A stretch of DNA of 64,000 nt from Octopus sinensis (Eukaryota). Made by a program: the position numbers and the translations under genes. Of the stretch, positions 37,621-54,169 are shown piece after piece. A model generated the notes under the pieces. The model made no database searches and had not been told where the DNA came from. It saw only the letters and a list, made by a program, of their open reading frames with translations. The stretch covers positions 93,496,001 through 93,560,000 of the forward strand of contig NC_042999.1 of NCBI RefSeq assembly GCF_006345805.1, read 5' to 3'. Each line of letters starts with the position of its first letter. Within the stretch, counting starts at the first letter, position 1.

Positions 37621-38962
37621 AAGATGGCATACGTATTTTGACATTAAAGTTTTATCTCTTCGCAATGGTACTGTTTGTCAGACAAATGTGGTTTTGACAC
37701 ACCACATACTGTTAATATGTCCGCTGAACAAAATACATTCCATTTAAAAGTTGTTGACTTACGATTGTTTACCTCGTTTAGAGATGTGGAAACAAACTTG
37801 TAAAAAAGAAATAATATTATACAATGTTGATTCAAATATTATTTGAAAGCTATTTTGTCTCTGTTAAGTATTGATTTTAAAAGATAATTCCCAGATTGGA
37901 AGTACTTTAAAGGTAAAGCAAAGTTGATAAATATTACAAAACAATAAAAAAAAGGTACGAGCGAATATGGAAAATAAATACAAAACACTAAGCTTAATGC
38001 AGATAATGGTGTACACATAAATACGCACGCGCACACACACGCACACAATCAGACACACACATACTTATGCATATACATACATATACATATACACAAGGAA
38101 ACTAACGCACACACATATTTACATGCGCATGCGCATTTGTAGGTACACTTATACAGCTACTGATATATGTATGTATTTAAGTGTATATGCATGTATGTAT
38201 TTCTGCATGTGTATTTAAAATTTAAACATTCTAAAATTCATTTTGCTAAAGTGTAATAATATTTAAGACTTTATTTATTTAGTTCATTGCCACCTTAAAA
38301 CTACTTCAAATATATTTACTGACCATTTTATTGTATTTGATTTTCTTAATATTAATATTTTTAAAATGCTACATTTTCCTACAAAAAGAAGTATCCCTTC
38401 TGTTAACACATCCTTCATTCATATTTGTTTTTTAAACGCTAATTTTCAGTTGAAAATATTTGCATTAATGCAAATATCTTCTTTTTTATCTTCTTATAAT
38501 ACTTTCTCTCATTTTTTTCTTCACATTTCGTTGTCCTATTTTCACCTACCCCTTCCTCTGCGTTCCTCTTCTACGTTATTATCTTTATCGTCGGTCTCAT
38601 CAACATCTTCATTTCCCAACATAGTATCCCCCTCCCATCATCATCATCATCGCCTTCATTTTCTGCTTCTTTACTATTTCGCATCTTTTTTCTTCTTCCA
38701 TCCTGTTTCTTTTGCTTGTCGATTTTTTATGGTGGTCATTTTTGTTCTTTATCCAAAATTATTTCCGATATCTTTCACTTATGAACTGGGAATCCGATAA
38801 GCGCTTTGATGAATTGCAGGAAAGCCAGGTGCTCTCGATGCTGTAATATTCACCACAATATATTTTCGAGCTTTCGGCCAGAGATGAAACAACCAACAAA
38901 CTATTACAACATCAATAGCAGTTGCAACAGTAGAAACACGAAAGGCACATCTGTTTGAGTAG

Positions 38963-39150
38963 TATCAAATATTGGTTTCAAATTTAGGCACAAAGACAGC
39001 AAGTTCGGGGGAGGGTTCATTCGATTACACCGACCCCAGTGTTCACCTGGTACATACTTTAACAGCCTTGAAATGATGAAATGTAAAGGCAACCCTGAAA
39101 GGTTGAAATGCAAACTCGGCCACAGTGGAATTTGAACTCGGGACATAAAG
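38963..39150 (-). mobile_element. SINE family A, degenerate
   Basis: CGATTACACCGACCCCAGTG...GGAATTTGAACTC is the reverse complement of the family A body. Confidence 0.65.
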
Positions 39151-39174
39151 GCGTAAGAATTGTTGCTATGTAAG

Positions 39175-39330
39175 GTGCAGGCTGTGTGGTAAGAAGCTTG
39201 CTTCGCAACCACATGGTTTGGGTTCAGTATCACAGTGCGGTACATTGAGCAAGTGTTTTCTACTGTTGCCTCGTGTCGAGCAAAGCCGTGTGAGTGGATT
39301 TGGTAGGTGGAAACAGAAAGAGGACCGACG
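39175..39330 (+). mobile_element. SINE family B head followed by (TA)n
   Basis: GGCTGTGTGGTAAGAAGCTTGCTT...GGGTTCAGT...GTGAGTGGATTTGGTAGGTGGAAACAGAAAG. Confidence 0.75.
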
Positions 39331-39348
39331 TATTATATATATATATAC

Positions 39349-39425
<77 letters not shown>

Positions 39426-40719
39426 ATATATATATATATATGTATGTATGAACAAGTTATTAAACCTGTAAAAGTATAGGACAAGCTATTACCTCTAGTA
39501 AAGAAAAAGGAACTTTTTACTTAAAATATAGCAGCAAAGAATGCCAGTTCTTCTAATTTATCACTCTTTACATTTCGCATCTTTTAAAGTTATTGTACAA
39601 AACAGTTCAGCTAATTTGTAAGTTTGTCTAATTAGTCACATTTTTTCTGTATTTAAGGTACTAAATTGGCCAAATTCTACTTAAATAAGTATTGTGTTAT
39701 TTGTAAACTATAATAAAATAAGTTTTAATATTCAAATTTTAATTTTAGCTGCAACATTTTAAGTAAAACATTTCTCATTCTTTACTTTACTTAATTGCTT
39801 GTCCTGTACTGTTCCCGGTTTATAGACTCAAGAATATTATTTTGATGCTCGTATTTTTCCATGTAATCCATGATTTTTCCAGACATTCCTGTTATAAGAT
39901 AATTAATAATGTGTCAATAATTTAAGATTTTATCTTATAAAATACTGAAAGATAATATTTCAATATTTCCATGTAAGTGATGATAATATTTCAATTTTAT
40001 CGTGTTTAATTTAAATATATGCTGTGATTTAATTTTTTGATATTACCCATCTACACCAAATTAATGGTAGGGATTTTTACCATGTTGCAAAAAACAAACC
40101 CCAAAAGCATCAGTCACCAGACTCACCTTAAGTAACCTTCTTTTGCAATATTAGGTCACAGGAATTCATTCAACGAAAACAGAAGTTCCAATGATTCCGG
40201 GATGGGGGTAGGAACACCCACCTCTTTTTTTCCGAAACAAAATAAGGTATTTTTCAGCATATTAGAAGGTCAGGGTACTTGATTCCAAGCAAAAAGTACT
40301 TTTTTTTTCTTGTGAAAATCGTGTGGATGTTAATATAGAAATTGACTAAAATGTTGTTATTTAGCCTCAAATAAACTCTGATACTGCAAACCTATCATCA
40401 AAGACATTCCAGCCTCCAGCAAATCGTCATTTTAGGGGATAATCTCGGTCATTACATATATTGGACGTGTGATTTATGTAGAGGAATACTTTGGCTGCTA
40501 TTTTTAGCGTGTCGAGCGACCAGGTAAAAGCTTTCTCATTGGTTCGATTGCGTGATGAGATTTTTAAAAACATGTATGTAATATGTATATATATATATAT
40601 GTCATCGGCAGAAGTTAGAGAATAATTCAAAAGCTGAGGGTTTCATGTGTTGGCACTTATCAAACACGAATCTGTCCATTGTCACTCTGTAACTTCTGAC
40701 AAACTAACTCCTAGAATAC

Positions 40720-41130
40720 AAAAGTTTGACAAAAAACGTTAAAAATAAATCCTGTTCTATGTGACACATTCTAGCAGTATCGGAATTTTGAAAGTATTTA
40801 GTTAAAAAAATTAATGATAAAATAATCTGTACGTCTAATTGAATAGATCCGAAATGGATGAAAGGCAAATTCGATCTCGGCGGAATTTGAACTCAGAACG
40901 TAAAGACAGACCTAACACCGTTTCATAAATTCAAAATTTTGTCAAAAGAATTAAGAATAAAGCCTGTTATACGTGACATATTCTACCAGTATCGGAAGTT
41001 TGAAAGTGCTTCGTTAAAAAAGTTAATTAAATAATATGTACTTCAAAGTCGACTCGGCGAAATTTGAACTCAGAAACATAAAGACAGACGAAATGCCAGC
41101 TCGCCGCATCAGGAACAGTTCATTTCATAA
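40720..41130. repeat. Diverged tandem duplication (~213-bp period), each unit containing a SINE A fragment (-)
   Basis: Units start at ~40720 and ~40932 (…CCTGTT.TA.GTGACA.ATTCTA.CAGTATCGGAA.TTTGAAAGT…), each followed by GAATTTGAACTCAGAA…TAAAGACAGAC. Confidence 0.7.
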
Positions 41131-42086
41131 CTCTTTTTCTACTAATGTTTGTTCAATGCTACTAGCGATTCCGAATTCCTCATGCATTTTTCAATCATTT
41201 AAGCCTAAGAAAGGTATACTTCTCATTTAAAATTTAAAAACTTATGTTAATTGAAGATGAATATCTGCTTTCCTGCCCCCCCCCACGCCTTGAGGTCGCA
41301 GATATTTTGATGTAACTTTTTTCTACTGAACAAAATCTGAAACTATTTATGCCAAAGTATAACTGAGGAGGTGTCCTCTGTAAAACTATTAAGAATTTGC
41401 AGTTTAGTTGAGAACAGAATTAGTGGTGAAGCTTGGAGCGTGCTGCGATTGACGAAATGGTGGACTTAAGATTATATTCAACAAGTATCGTGGTTGAATG
41501 ATATCGACATTATAAACATTACTTAAATATATTTTTAAATGAAATTAAAGTACAAAGCTATTGAAAACCAAAAAAAGAAGGAAAAACAAATGAAATGAAT
41601 TGACGTTCCAGATTTCGCATGAATTAAAATTAGAAATGTGTAATGCGTTGAGGGAAGTTATTTCTAATCATTAACTGGTGCATCAAACTTCGAATGGAAG
41701 TTTTTCTCCATATATATGCTGTCTTACCTTTAGGGACATTTGTTCACTGCCTTCAATCAGGTTTTCATTGGAGATAACATCAGTTTTGCAATTACTCAGT
41801 ATTTAAATGACCATTTGTTTTCGTTGTAAATGTATATCGAAAAATATTGTCTAAAATTGAAATCATCGAGAATGATGTTAATTTGTAATTTAGTTTCTTT
41901 CATTTTTATATGCATTGAAGAACAGATATTTCTTTAACTTGTTAGTCCACAGGGCACTTTCTGTATCTTATTAATTACATGCATTGAATCATTAATTGGA
42001 AATTTTGGTTTTAGTAATGTCAGGTATATATTTAAAGTGTCAGTGAATATACATATAAATACACACACACACACACAAACACACAC

Positions 42087-42141
<55 letters not shown>

Positions 42142-42254
42142 ATGTGTGTATAGTGAGGGCGCATGTGCGTAATCAAACGGCAGGGAGCGCGAGAGCGCGT
42201 ATGTGCTCGAGTGTTTTTGTACACACATATACGTATGGGTATATACACACCTAT

Positions 42255-42825
42255 ATGTAAGAATATATATATATATGTATGTGTGTGTTTGTGTGTCTGT
42301 CTGTGTGAATCCCTAAAACTTGAGAACTACACGACCAATTTCATTCAAATTTTACACATGCCTTACTTAGGGTCCATGGACTGTCAATGGGCACTGAAAC
42401 AAAGAAATGTTTAACTTCTTGCCTAGTGCGAGCCCACAGCAATATCATATATTCTCCACTTTTTCAGTATTACCTGTTAAAAGTGAAACAAAAAACATCT
42501 CTCTATTATAATGTCAGATACTTTCACTTTAGTACTGAAACAATTAAAGTCAAACTATTATATAAGAGGGATGAACCATAAACAGTGGACTGATGTATAG
42601 ATATAGATGTATATATATATATAGATATATAAATATATATATATATATACATAAAACGGAGAATGTGTGTGTGCCTGTCTGTCTGATTGTCTGTCTGTTT
42701 GTCTGTCTGTCTGTGTGAATCCCTAAAACTTGACAGCTACTCAACCATTTTCATTCAAATTTTACACATGCCTTACTCAGGGTCCATTTATTGTCATGGG
42801 CAAGAAATTTTTAACTTCTTGCCTA
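42255..42825 (+). mobile_element. Two tandem 5' fragments of a non-autonomous Helitron-like repeat
   Basis: ~42290-42425 and ~42710-42825 share CTGTGTGAATCCCTAAAACTTGA...TTTCATTCAAATTTTACACATGCCTTACT.AGGGTCCAT...TTAACTTCTTGCCTA, each after a (TG)/(CTGT) tract. No 3' hairpin seen. Confidence 0.5.
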
Positions 42826-43177
42826 TATATAGATGTAGATGTAATATGTACACATATATATATGCATACATATATACACCCATACACACATACTCACACA
42901 TATATAGGTGCAGCTAAATATTCAAATAACGATATATAGAATGGTTGATTGAAGGAGATTCTGTTCCAGTCTTGTTAATTATTTCAGTGGGATGTTCAAA
43001 GTGAAGATATTGTCAAGAGTAGAAACACTGCAATAATTTGATATACTTAAAAATATTTTTCTCACAGCAATACTCAATCGTTTGTGGGAAATGTTCTTTA
43101 AACTTCTGAATATGCAACTATATTTTGCATCTAATTGTGGGTTACCTATGTCCTATTTGACATTATTAAAGTTGACT

Positions 43178-43275
43178 GTGAGGCAGAGAGCTGGCAGAAT
43201 CGCTAGCATACCGAGGAAAATGCTTTATGGCATTTCGACCGTATTTATGTTCTGAGTTCAAATTCTGTAACGGTC
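43178..43275 (+). mobile_element. SINE family A 5' fragment
   Basis: GAGCTGGCAGAATCGCTAGC...GTTCTGAGTTCAAATTC...GGTCGAC.TTGCCTTTCATC. Confidence 0.75.
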
Positions 43276-46084
43276 GACGTTGCCTTTCATCTTTCCTTAT
43301 GAAATGAATTTACAATGAAGTCTAGTCCACTCTTACCTCCGAATTTAAAGGGAAATAACTAAAACCATTTAAGTTAATGTATAACACTCCTCCTTTTGCA
43401 AGCTGTTTTCTGACACCGTCATGGGAGCCTTCCTGCAGGAAGGATCAGTCAACGTAATTTTTGGCAGTGTATTTTGAGCCATTGTTTATGTTAATAAAAT
43501 AAAGTAAAAAGAAGAATTTTGTGCATGTTTGCTTAGATTTCAGGACTAACAGGTACACAACGACTTGATTCCTATATTTTGATATGGCAGTGTGCTATAA
43601 TGTACCTTAAGTACTAGTACATGAAATATTTTCTTAAATTACACTCATAGATGATATCATACGTATTTTCACTGGTCTACAATACTAGTTAGCATTAAGT
43701 GTACGTACACAAGTAATTCAGATAAGCACATTGAGTATATAACATCACCGAATGTTAGAAAAGACAGAGTGGATCATAATCCAACAAAAATATTATCTCG
43801 AACTTTTGGTAATTATACAATTTTTCCGAGTTACAAAAGCGTAAATCAAATTAGGTAAAATAGAAGGAATCTAATTGATGTCAAAGTCAAAATTCATAAC
43901 TACTGGCACAGGCCTTTTTTTAATTTGTCATAAGAAGAAGTGCAAATGTTAGTATACATTTAATGAATCACAAAATTTCATTTTTTAGAGGCTTCGAAGT
44001 AGTTTTGATTGTGAGACTAACTGACATCAATACAAAACTGAAACCTAACTTCGGTTTGAGACTAGATGCTTATAACTAACAAATTATGAAAAGGATTTTT
44101 CCAGTAATAACACTCGTACATCTTAACATCTTTGCATACGCCATGTATGTATCAAAGCCCTCGGGAATTAAATCTATTAAACAATTGTTATTAATTTCAA
44201 TAATACAATCTTATAAGCCGCAAGGTGAAAGATGTTACGGTTCTCTATATTTCTGTGTATTTATAAGTTTGCAATCCACAAATTAAACAATCAAATATAA
44301 TTTACACGATAAACAAATTAGTTTAATCAATGATAGAAATCTTGATTAAGATGTATTATTAGACATGGTCTGATATACAGTGCATATTACATTATTTGTA
44401 ATTCCATATTGTGAAAATGAAATTATTGATGAGACACTAATCAGCGGATAACTTGCTTTGTATTCCAGACTTGTTAAACACACATTACTTATTCGGTAAT
44501 TGCAGAAAATATATTGACCAGATCTTACGTGCCATATTTAATTTTACATCACGCGGATTTTAGGACGCAGATATGGCTCAAATGGATATAAATAGTAGCC
44601 AAATCTCCCGCAAACAACACGCTAACGCCTGAATGATTGCTGGACTAAACTATTCTCGAATATAGTAGTAACAGTAACGACTGAGAGTCTTATGGAAATT
44701 TATAATATTTTTCTTACCTCTGAATTAGATCTTGTTTATTCAGTGTGTTACTACACGTTGTACCGCATCCAGCGTTTCAGGTCACAGAGATGTATGATAA
44801 TGTAAATATCTAAAAATGTAGAAGGTCTAACATTGGTTACAAGAATATAGTCGAATTAATTGGCCCGTGTACAAAACTTGTGCATAATTATTACTTAGAA
44901 AAGACAAAAAGATGCACTAGACATCTTGGATATGAACTCCATAATTAAGGAGATACAGCTAATACGGTTTGACAGTCATGTTGGCACTATAATGTTTTTA
45001 TTACGCTTTCACCATCACATCTACGAAGTGTCCTGAAATTTTAAACTTAGTTCTGTCCGAAGTGTGACAAGAGAATCTAATATTATTGAATTGGATGATG
45101 GCTTTACAGTACTTGCGTTGTGTTACTTCAGTGAAGAGAACGTAATTAAAAGAAAATGCAATAAATGTGAGAATGTTGAAGTAATAAATCTACGTGAACA
45201 ACCATTGAGAGCAAAACCTGAATAGGTTGAAATTGCGAGGTTTATAAATCGACAATGAAAACTCCGAACAGTGTAATTACATTGGGAGAATGAAACTCAC
45301 TACGTTCAGAATTTTAACAGGTGAATAGTAGAGAGATATAATGTCTGACTTCATAAAATACACTGAAGTTGATATTCAATAGCATCAATATCAAATGGAC
45401 GATTGATGTGGGTTATTTATTCCACACATAACGATATATAGTTACAATATCTAATATTCCAAAAACGATTGCTGATAGATCTAGCGCCATTAAATATATT
45501 TAACGTAAAATACAATGACTATATTCGACATTATAAATCACGTTTTTAAATGCGCTATTGAAGAATTGGCTTTTGATGCGTTGTTATATATTTCCATTTA
45601 TTTTCCAAGTCGAAAACATTCCTTAGTGATCAACGAAATGTGTGGATTAAATGTGTTTCAAGTTTCTATCATATGTCATAATGTTCTGGGTTCATATACA
45701 TTGGACGTTAATTCAACTACCTACATCGAGAAAAACTTTTCTGCGTTTAATTTAAAACAAAAATGATAATAGTAGAAACGGCTATTTTGTAAATAATACT
45801 TTATTCTAATTTATTCCAGAAAAAATTTAATGCCACACAATCGGAGGAAGAAGGCTACCTGAAGAATTCGCCCTCTGCTCAAGACTGATACTTTATCTTA
45901 CCTGGTGCCAGTGGGAAAGCTGGCGTTGTTATATACACATAGTAGTAGCAATGAAAAGATAATTAATAATAATGATGATGATGATGATGATGTTGATGAT
46001 GATGATGATGATGATGATAATATTTACGCCCGGCCAGTGAGCTATGGGTGAGCAGCACAGGCTCGGTTGTCATTATAGGCTTTC

Positions 46085-47890
<1,806 letters not shown>

Positions 47891-48329
47891 AAACGTTGTT
47901 AATCTTGATATGAGTACACTATTGTCTGCACGTAATGTTGAACGTTGCAGAAAACATCACTGAAATTATAAGAGAAAGCATTTGAATTTGCGAAGCAGAA
48001 GTAAGAGCAAGATGTTATCGTACTAGAATTTCAAAGTGGATTTAGTTATTTTCAAAAGAGTATTTCTGTATTTTGCCACTAAAACTGGGACAAATGAAAG
48101 ATAGATATAATGCATGGAAAAAAAAAGGGAATGTATAACCCTTTATTTTTCGTTGCTGACGTAAAGTTGTATCACAAGGAAGAAAGGCAATTCATTTTTT
48201 TTGTCAGCACTTTGTGCTCAAAATCAAATTTACAATTTCCAAGTGTTGTATCATGGTGAGGAAAATATAAAAATATAAAATAGATAGAATAAATCTATTG
48301 AAATAATTTAAATAAGTGAAGATTCAGAT

Positions 48330-49320
48330 ATGTTGATGCAAGTGATGGTTATGGTAATTTTGGAATCTGATGGTATAAAGGATAAATGAATGAAAGAGAA
48401 AATCAGCAGAGAATGTTTCCGAAATGTGACTAAGGTATTAAAACCCAATGTCATAAACACCATCACTTTCACGTTCTCAAGAGCAGTGTGCATCACCAGA
48501 TAATGCCGAAATAACCAAATAGAAAAACTGAAGAAGTTGAACTGATAGATATAAATAAGGAAATTGACATTCCACAAAGCATTACGCCAACAGTCAGCTG
48601 TTGAAATATATTTCGATAGAAGATATGGATAAAGAGGAATTATATGTGCAGGTTTAGCGGTTGAGGAAATCGTTGAAATTCATAAGTTGCTGTTGACAGT
48701 GGCATGTTGGGAAGAGGTTCTCGCTAATGTGAGGAAAGCAGCAATGTACTCGTAGCTAGAAATCAATATTACTGTCAGAGAAGTTTAAAGAGGAACATTT
48801 TCCCCCTAATACTGATGGATTTTGAAGAGATAGGTTGTTTCGTATTTAGAGAATTTGATTTTAAAAGAAAGAGGTAGAGGTTTTGATCCTAGTTTCAAAA
48901 GATCAAGAATCAAAGTAATATATCTAAGAGGAAGAACAGCTGGTAAAGACGATAAGTCAACATCATGTAAAATGTTTAGTGAAAGAGAACATATGCATAT
49001 AGTCTTTCAAATTAAGATTCAAGCTGAGAGGACTGCACTTGTAAGTTAGCGAATCGGTGGAAAGTTTGAATTTGAGAGCTTAGAATGCGAAGCACTGGAA
49101 GGTGTTGATGAAAATATTCATGTAAATATAGTATGAATGATAAAATATTTAAAGAGTATGATAATGGAAAATCATTATAGGGATAATTAGACGTAGATAT
49201 TATGAATAAAATGGGAATATGGTGTATTATCGATATTGCTTGCAAGTTTGATGTGTTAGACAAAGAAATCAGAAATTAGAGGATAGGAAAGCCAGTGTAT
49301 TAGCAATTGTAAAATTGTCC
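48330..49320 (+). mobile_element. Highly degenerate R4/Dong-type LINE fragment
   Basis: MKEKISRECFRNVTKVLK, RKLTFHKALRQQSAVEIYF.RRYG.RG, CKM.SERE..HIV remnants with many stops. Confidence 0.6.
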
Positions 49321-49754
49321 TAATAATAATTATCACAGGAAACTTATACACGATGGTACTGGGTTTAAATGGATGGTAGATGCGAGATACGAGTTGAATT
49401 TATGACTCTACACGACGTCCATGTGATTGACAAAACAGAATGCCGGAAGAAAAATTCTAGTTGTCTAAACGTCTTCATATTTAGCAGTCTAATACCGGCA
49501 TTTTACCAACGAAAAGATGAGTGAAGGATAATTATAACGATGATTATGATGATCATGATGATGACAATGGCAAACGTCTTACTATATTGCTTTATAGCGG
49601 TATAATACACATCTGCTTATTTGAACGATATTCCGAAGACGTTTCAGCAATTTCATGTAGATTGGCATGCATTTAACCATACGGAACAACAGAACGAAAA
49701 TCAAAACTACTGCTACTGTACTTCTACTGCTACTACTACTTTTGCTGCAACTAT

Positions 49755-49803
<49 letters not shown>

Positions 49804-50187
49804 ACCGCTGCTGCTGCTGCCGCTGCTGCTACTGCTGCTACTTCTGCCGTTGTTGCTGTTACCCCTCAAAGTCCGAACTAACTTATGGATAGAAGTGACT
49901 TCTTGTTTCCATTGGAAGAAAAAACTAAACGCTATTAGGTTATGATAAGAAGAAAAATATCCTGTTTAATAATTATAATCTCGCAAAAGTTTGGCTAGCG
50001 AATAAGGCTGAAAAGACGATATTGTAGCTTTTGTGAGTCGGTGAAATCCGTTGAATTATTTAGGCACTTTGGATCAACAAATCAACAATGAAAATTGATA
50101 CTGAGTTTGTCAAATACATAACGAACTATAGGGATTACCATATCCGTTACAAGATATATATAAACATGTGTGTGTATTAATGTGTAT

Positions 50188-50218
<31 letters not shown>

Positions 50219-50785
50219 CGTGCGTGTGTATGTACGAGTGTGTGAGAGTATGTGTGCCATGGGCGAAGGAGTGGTGTTTGCATGGAGGAGTATGAGTACT
50301 CATGAATAAATTACAATCAGAAGCATATTTCAAAGACTTGTGATAGTAGAACGAGTTTACCAATATTCGTACATCAGCTGTTAGTAAAGTTGGATGCTTG
50401 AATGGGATACCTCTTAGGATGAGGTGTTAATTATAGTCGTAAAAAGAACTTTAGTACTCGGTGGTTTGTAATTATTGGAAACAGTAGTCTTACCTGCATT
50501 GCTGCTGCCTTAATGTGTAAAGGGAGACGAAGCAATAATTGTTTGTAAATTTAATGACTGACAGATACATTTAGAAAATGTCATTAGGGTAAAATGCAAG
50601 CTCTATTCCCTCATCATGTGTCATATAAATCATCTGATACGGGTTGCATGTTTGTTGAAGGTTGTTCGGTATTACATTGCTTATATGTTTCCTTCAATAT
50701 AATTTTGTCTATATAGGATTTGTATCTACTTTCAAGAGCCATATCGGATTCTAGTTTTTGTTTGGTTGGAATGGATAATGAATTA

Positions 50786-52556
50786 ATCGGTTCTGTGTGG
50801 TGTCATATACGGCAGTATTTCACCTTTCTTTAGATTTTCATTATTTTACCTTTGAAGAACTGTATGAAATTTTGAGACAGTATATTAACCGGGTTTTCCA
50901 ATCTAGTATCATTGGACTTTTCTGGAGTTTAGAGCTGTTAACCAACCTTTAGATTCTGGGCGCCATGAACCAACCAGATAAGGCTGTATGTAGTATGCTG
51001 TTAATATTCTCCGACTTCTTATAATATAATAATTATATTCTCGACCGTGCAATGCGTAATTTCTCTTATCCAAACAATTTGTGCTTCAACTCGATGTTGG
51101 CTCGCCAGTATTTTATAGCCGCGGTGGTATGGGTATATTACTGTGTCTCCAACTATCACCCAACTTTGTGAGAGCTTGATCAGGATCAGCTCCTTATTGC
51201 CTAACACTAAAAGTCTGTGATAGGTATGTTTTCAATCTCTCTTTCATGGTGAGTGCTAAGACCGGCAAAGTGATGTAGCCTTGGTTAATAATTTTATTCA
51301 GTTAGGTTAAGCTTTACATATAATCGGTCAATATATGGGATAGATAGTGTTTACTATGAGAATTAACAGGGTTAGGAAAGAATATTATGATGTAGTGGGA
51401 AGGGTGTAGTAGTTTAGTAAAAGAAACAAAAAAAACAGGAAAATCAAGTCGTAGGGGTTAACAGACTCCGGCATAGCGTAGGGGTGAGACCTAGATGTGA
51501 ACTTTGCACACCAGTGCACACTATCGACTGTGAAGCATCCCCCTTTCCATTAGTAAGTCATATACATCTAAGAAACAAAGTAAAAGGACACAATTTATAT
51601 CTACTGCTTTAGATAAAACAGTTAATTACCATAAAACACTTTTTTTATATTTTTCATTATGATAAAATCGTGCTTTTACTAGTTGTTGCTATAATAGTGT
51701 CTAAAATATAATTTCTTAATATAACTAACTCACTCGTTGCTTGTTTAGTAAGTCTACATTTGGCTTCAGCTAAAACGCTTTTGTCGACTGTAACTGAATT
51801 ACGCAACTCTTGATCGGCTAAACATTTTGTTACAAAATATTTATCAAGCTTATTGGGTAATGCTAGAGCTTCTTTCTTAGCATGATATATGTTTGTGTTT
51901 ATTTTTTCTTTGCAATGTACTTGTAATATATTTAGAATGAGATTTGGAATAAGTAGTTTTGACAATCTCAATGAGATATTTTTGTTTTATCATATTAAGT
52001 GCCATTTTTACAGGTGCACTTGAATGTTCAAGTCTTCTAATTTAACTGATCTTAAGAACGAGCTTTTGAATATGAAATCACGTTTGATCAATTACACAAA
52101 CATTCAAAGACATGTCTCTTGGTCGTAGCTGAGCAGTTCTAGTTTAAAATCCAAATTTTCATTTACGAAATTGTTATCAAAGAAATGCGATTCTCAGCAC
52201 ATGAGTTCCAATTATAATTTCCTGCAGGGAGTAGGGATATTTTTTAGCGAATATGATAGTGGGCGCTGGTTCATTTTTGAGATGCTGTCTACTGGGAAGT
52301 ATTATCAACAAAAAGAAAATGCATTCATAACAAATTCCACCAAAAAACCACTATTCATTTGATATATGGAATGTAATAAATAACAACAACAACAACAGTT
52401 ATCCAATTTCATTTTCTAATTCATAGTTTAATGCATTTATTTATCAATCTAGATTTCTTTTACTGACATTTGTTATTTTTCTGAATATTATCCCAATATT
52501 CAGTAAGTTTTTTCCCTCGTTTTCGTTTTAATCTACCATCTAAACTCTCTCTCCAT

Positions 52557-52623
<67 letters not shown>

Positions 52624-53194
52624 AACACTTAATGCTTTAAAGAAATATAATAATACATTTCTCTTAAATTTGTTATATTCCCCAGTTACATTGAAAAAGA
52701 TCTAAAATCTCTTTGGTGACTAGCTGTACGCTCATACACATATACACTTAAGCCTCACATTCAACTACCTGCTCTATTCCTAATTAAAATTTATCTTGTA
52801 TAGTTGTTCGTTATTTCTCACTACATCTCAAACACAAACGGAATAACTCATGCACCACAAAAATACTGGTACTTGGACGGTTACTACGAAGAATGTTGCA
52901 CTTGATTTGATCAACGAAGCAGACTGCAAGTATTTGAGCACTCCACAGATATGTGTACACTTAACATAGTTCTCAGAGAGGTTCAGCTTGACAATGTGAT
53001 AAGGCAGGCCGTTTGAATAACAGATACAACTCATTTTTGCCAGTTGAGTGAACTGGTGCAACGTGAACTAAACCGCGCATGCGATAGTATGCAGAATAAC
53101 CTAACAGTGAAGCCACTCGCATTCACACACACATAGTAATGAAAATCTAAAGAAAGGTGAAATACTGCCGTATATGACACCACACAGCACCGAT
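50786..53194. repeat. 58-bp near-perfect inverted repeat pair 2.3 kb apart
   Basis: 50786-50843 is the reverse complement of 53137-53194 with one mismatch. Confidence 0.85.
52830..53075. repeat. Probable SINE-like interspersed repeat fragment
   Basis: CAACTCATTTTTGCCAG.TGAGTG.ACTGG.GCAACGTGAA resembles a CORE-type SINE body from recollection. No second copy in the window. Confidence 0.3.
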
Positions 53195-53754
53195 GTTTAA
53201 GTGTCATAATTGTATCTTAGCCAATGAGTAAAACCGTTGAAATCAGACTCCCAGTTGCTACGACCTTGTAATATTACCTAAATGTAAGGCGTCGAGCTGT
53301 CTACCAGTAACTACAAATAGAACAGGTTGAATTGTTTCTTTTCAAGATAGCGCTCTCAGCGGCCACTGGTAGTAGTAAACACATTTGACCTCAGCTGACC
53401 CAAAGGGTGAGAAGATTCTTTTATCTCTATGGCTGACACCTCCACCATCTGCCAAACCTATTTATAGACCTGTAGAATATGATTTGTTCACCAAACTGCT
53501 ACCCAACTATTTCCACCAACAAAGGTAGTGGTGGTGATGGTGATAAGGATAAAAATTTAAAAAAATATGCTGCAGCTGCTGATACTAAATACTACTAATA
53601 CTACAATAATACTACAACTACTACTATTATGATAGCATAGGAATCTGAGGCCTAAGTACCACGCTTACTACTACCAGCACCCCTGCAACTGTTGGTGTTG
53701 CTGCAAACACTGCTGCTACTACACATGAAAACAATATTATCAATAATATCATTG

Positions 53755-53960
<206 letters not shown>

Positions 53961-54169
53961 ATGAAAGGAAACAGTTGGAGCCTCCTCAAGTGCTGATTAT
54001 TGATACATCTAGTAATGGTGTCACAATAAAAACATTGGCAATTGCTCAATCTCATATGAGTGAAAATGAAAAAACAAATTATTGTGAATAATAGTGGCAA
54101 TGAAACTGAAACCAGTGATGTTGACAGTGTTACACCCGGTAGGCTCAGTGATTCTGGTCCAGCTCCAGC

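Noticed and set aside
45515-45766. 83-aa ORF in AT-rich unique-looking DNA
   Set aside because: No recognisable domain or convincing splice context; the length is compatible with chance.
45901-45930. GCCAG/CTGGC hairpin upstream of the R4-type N-terminus as an HDV-like 5' ribozyme
   Set aside because: Only a P4-like hairpin is visible; the nested double pseudoknot could not be built by eye.
49632-49662. Minus-strand CTACATGA...GAAACGTC hammerhead-like string
   Set aside because: The core is broken and there is no stem I or II pairing.
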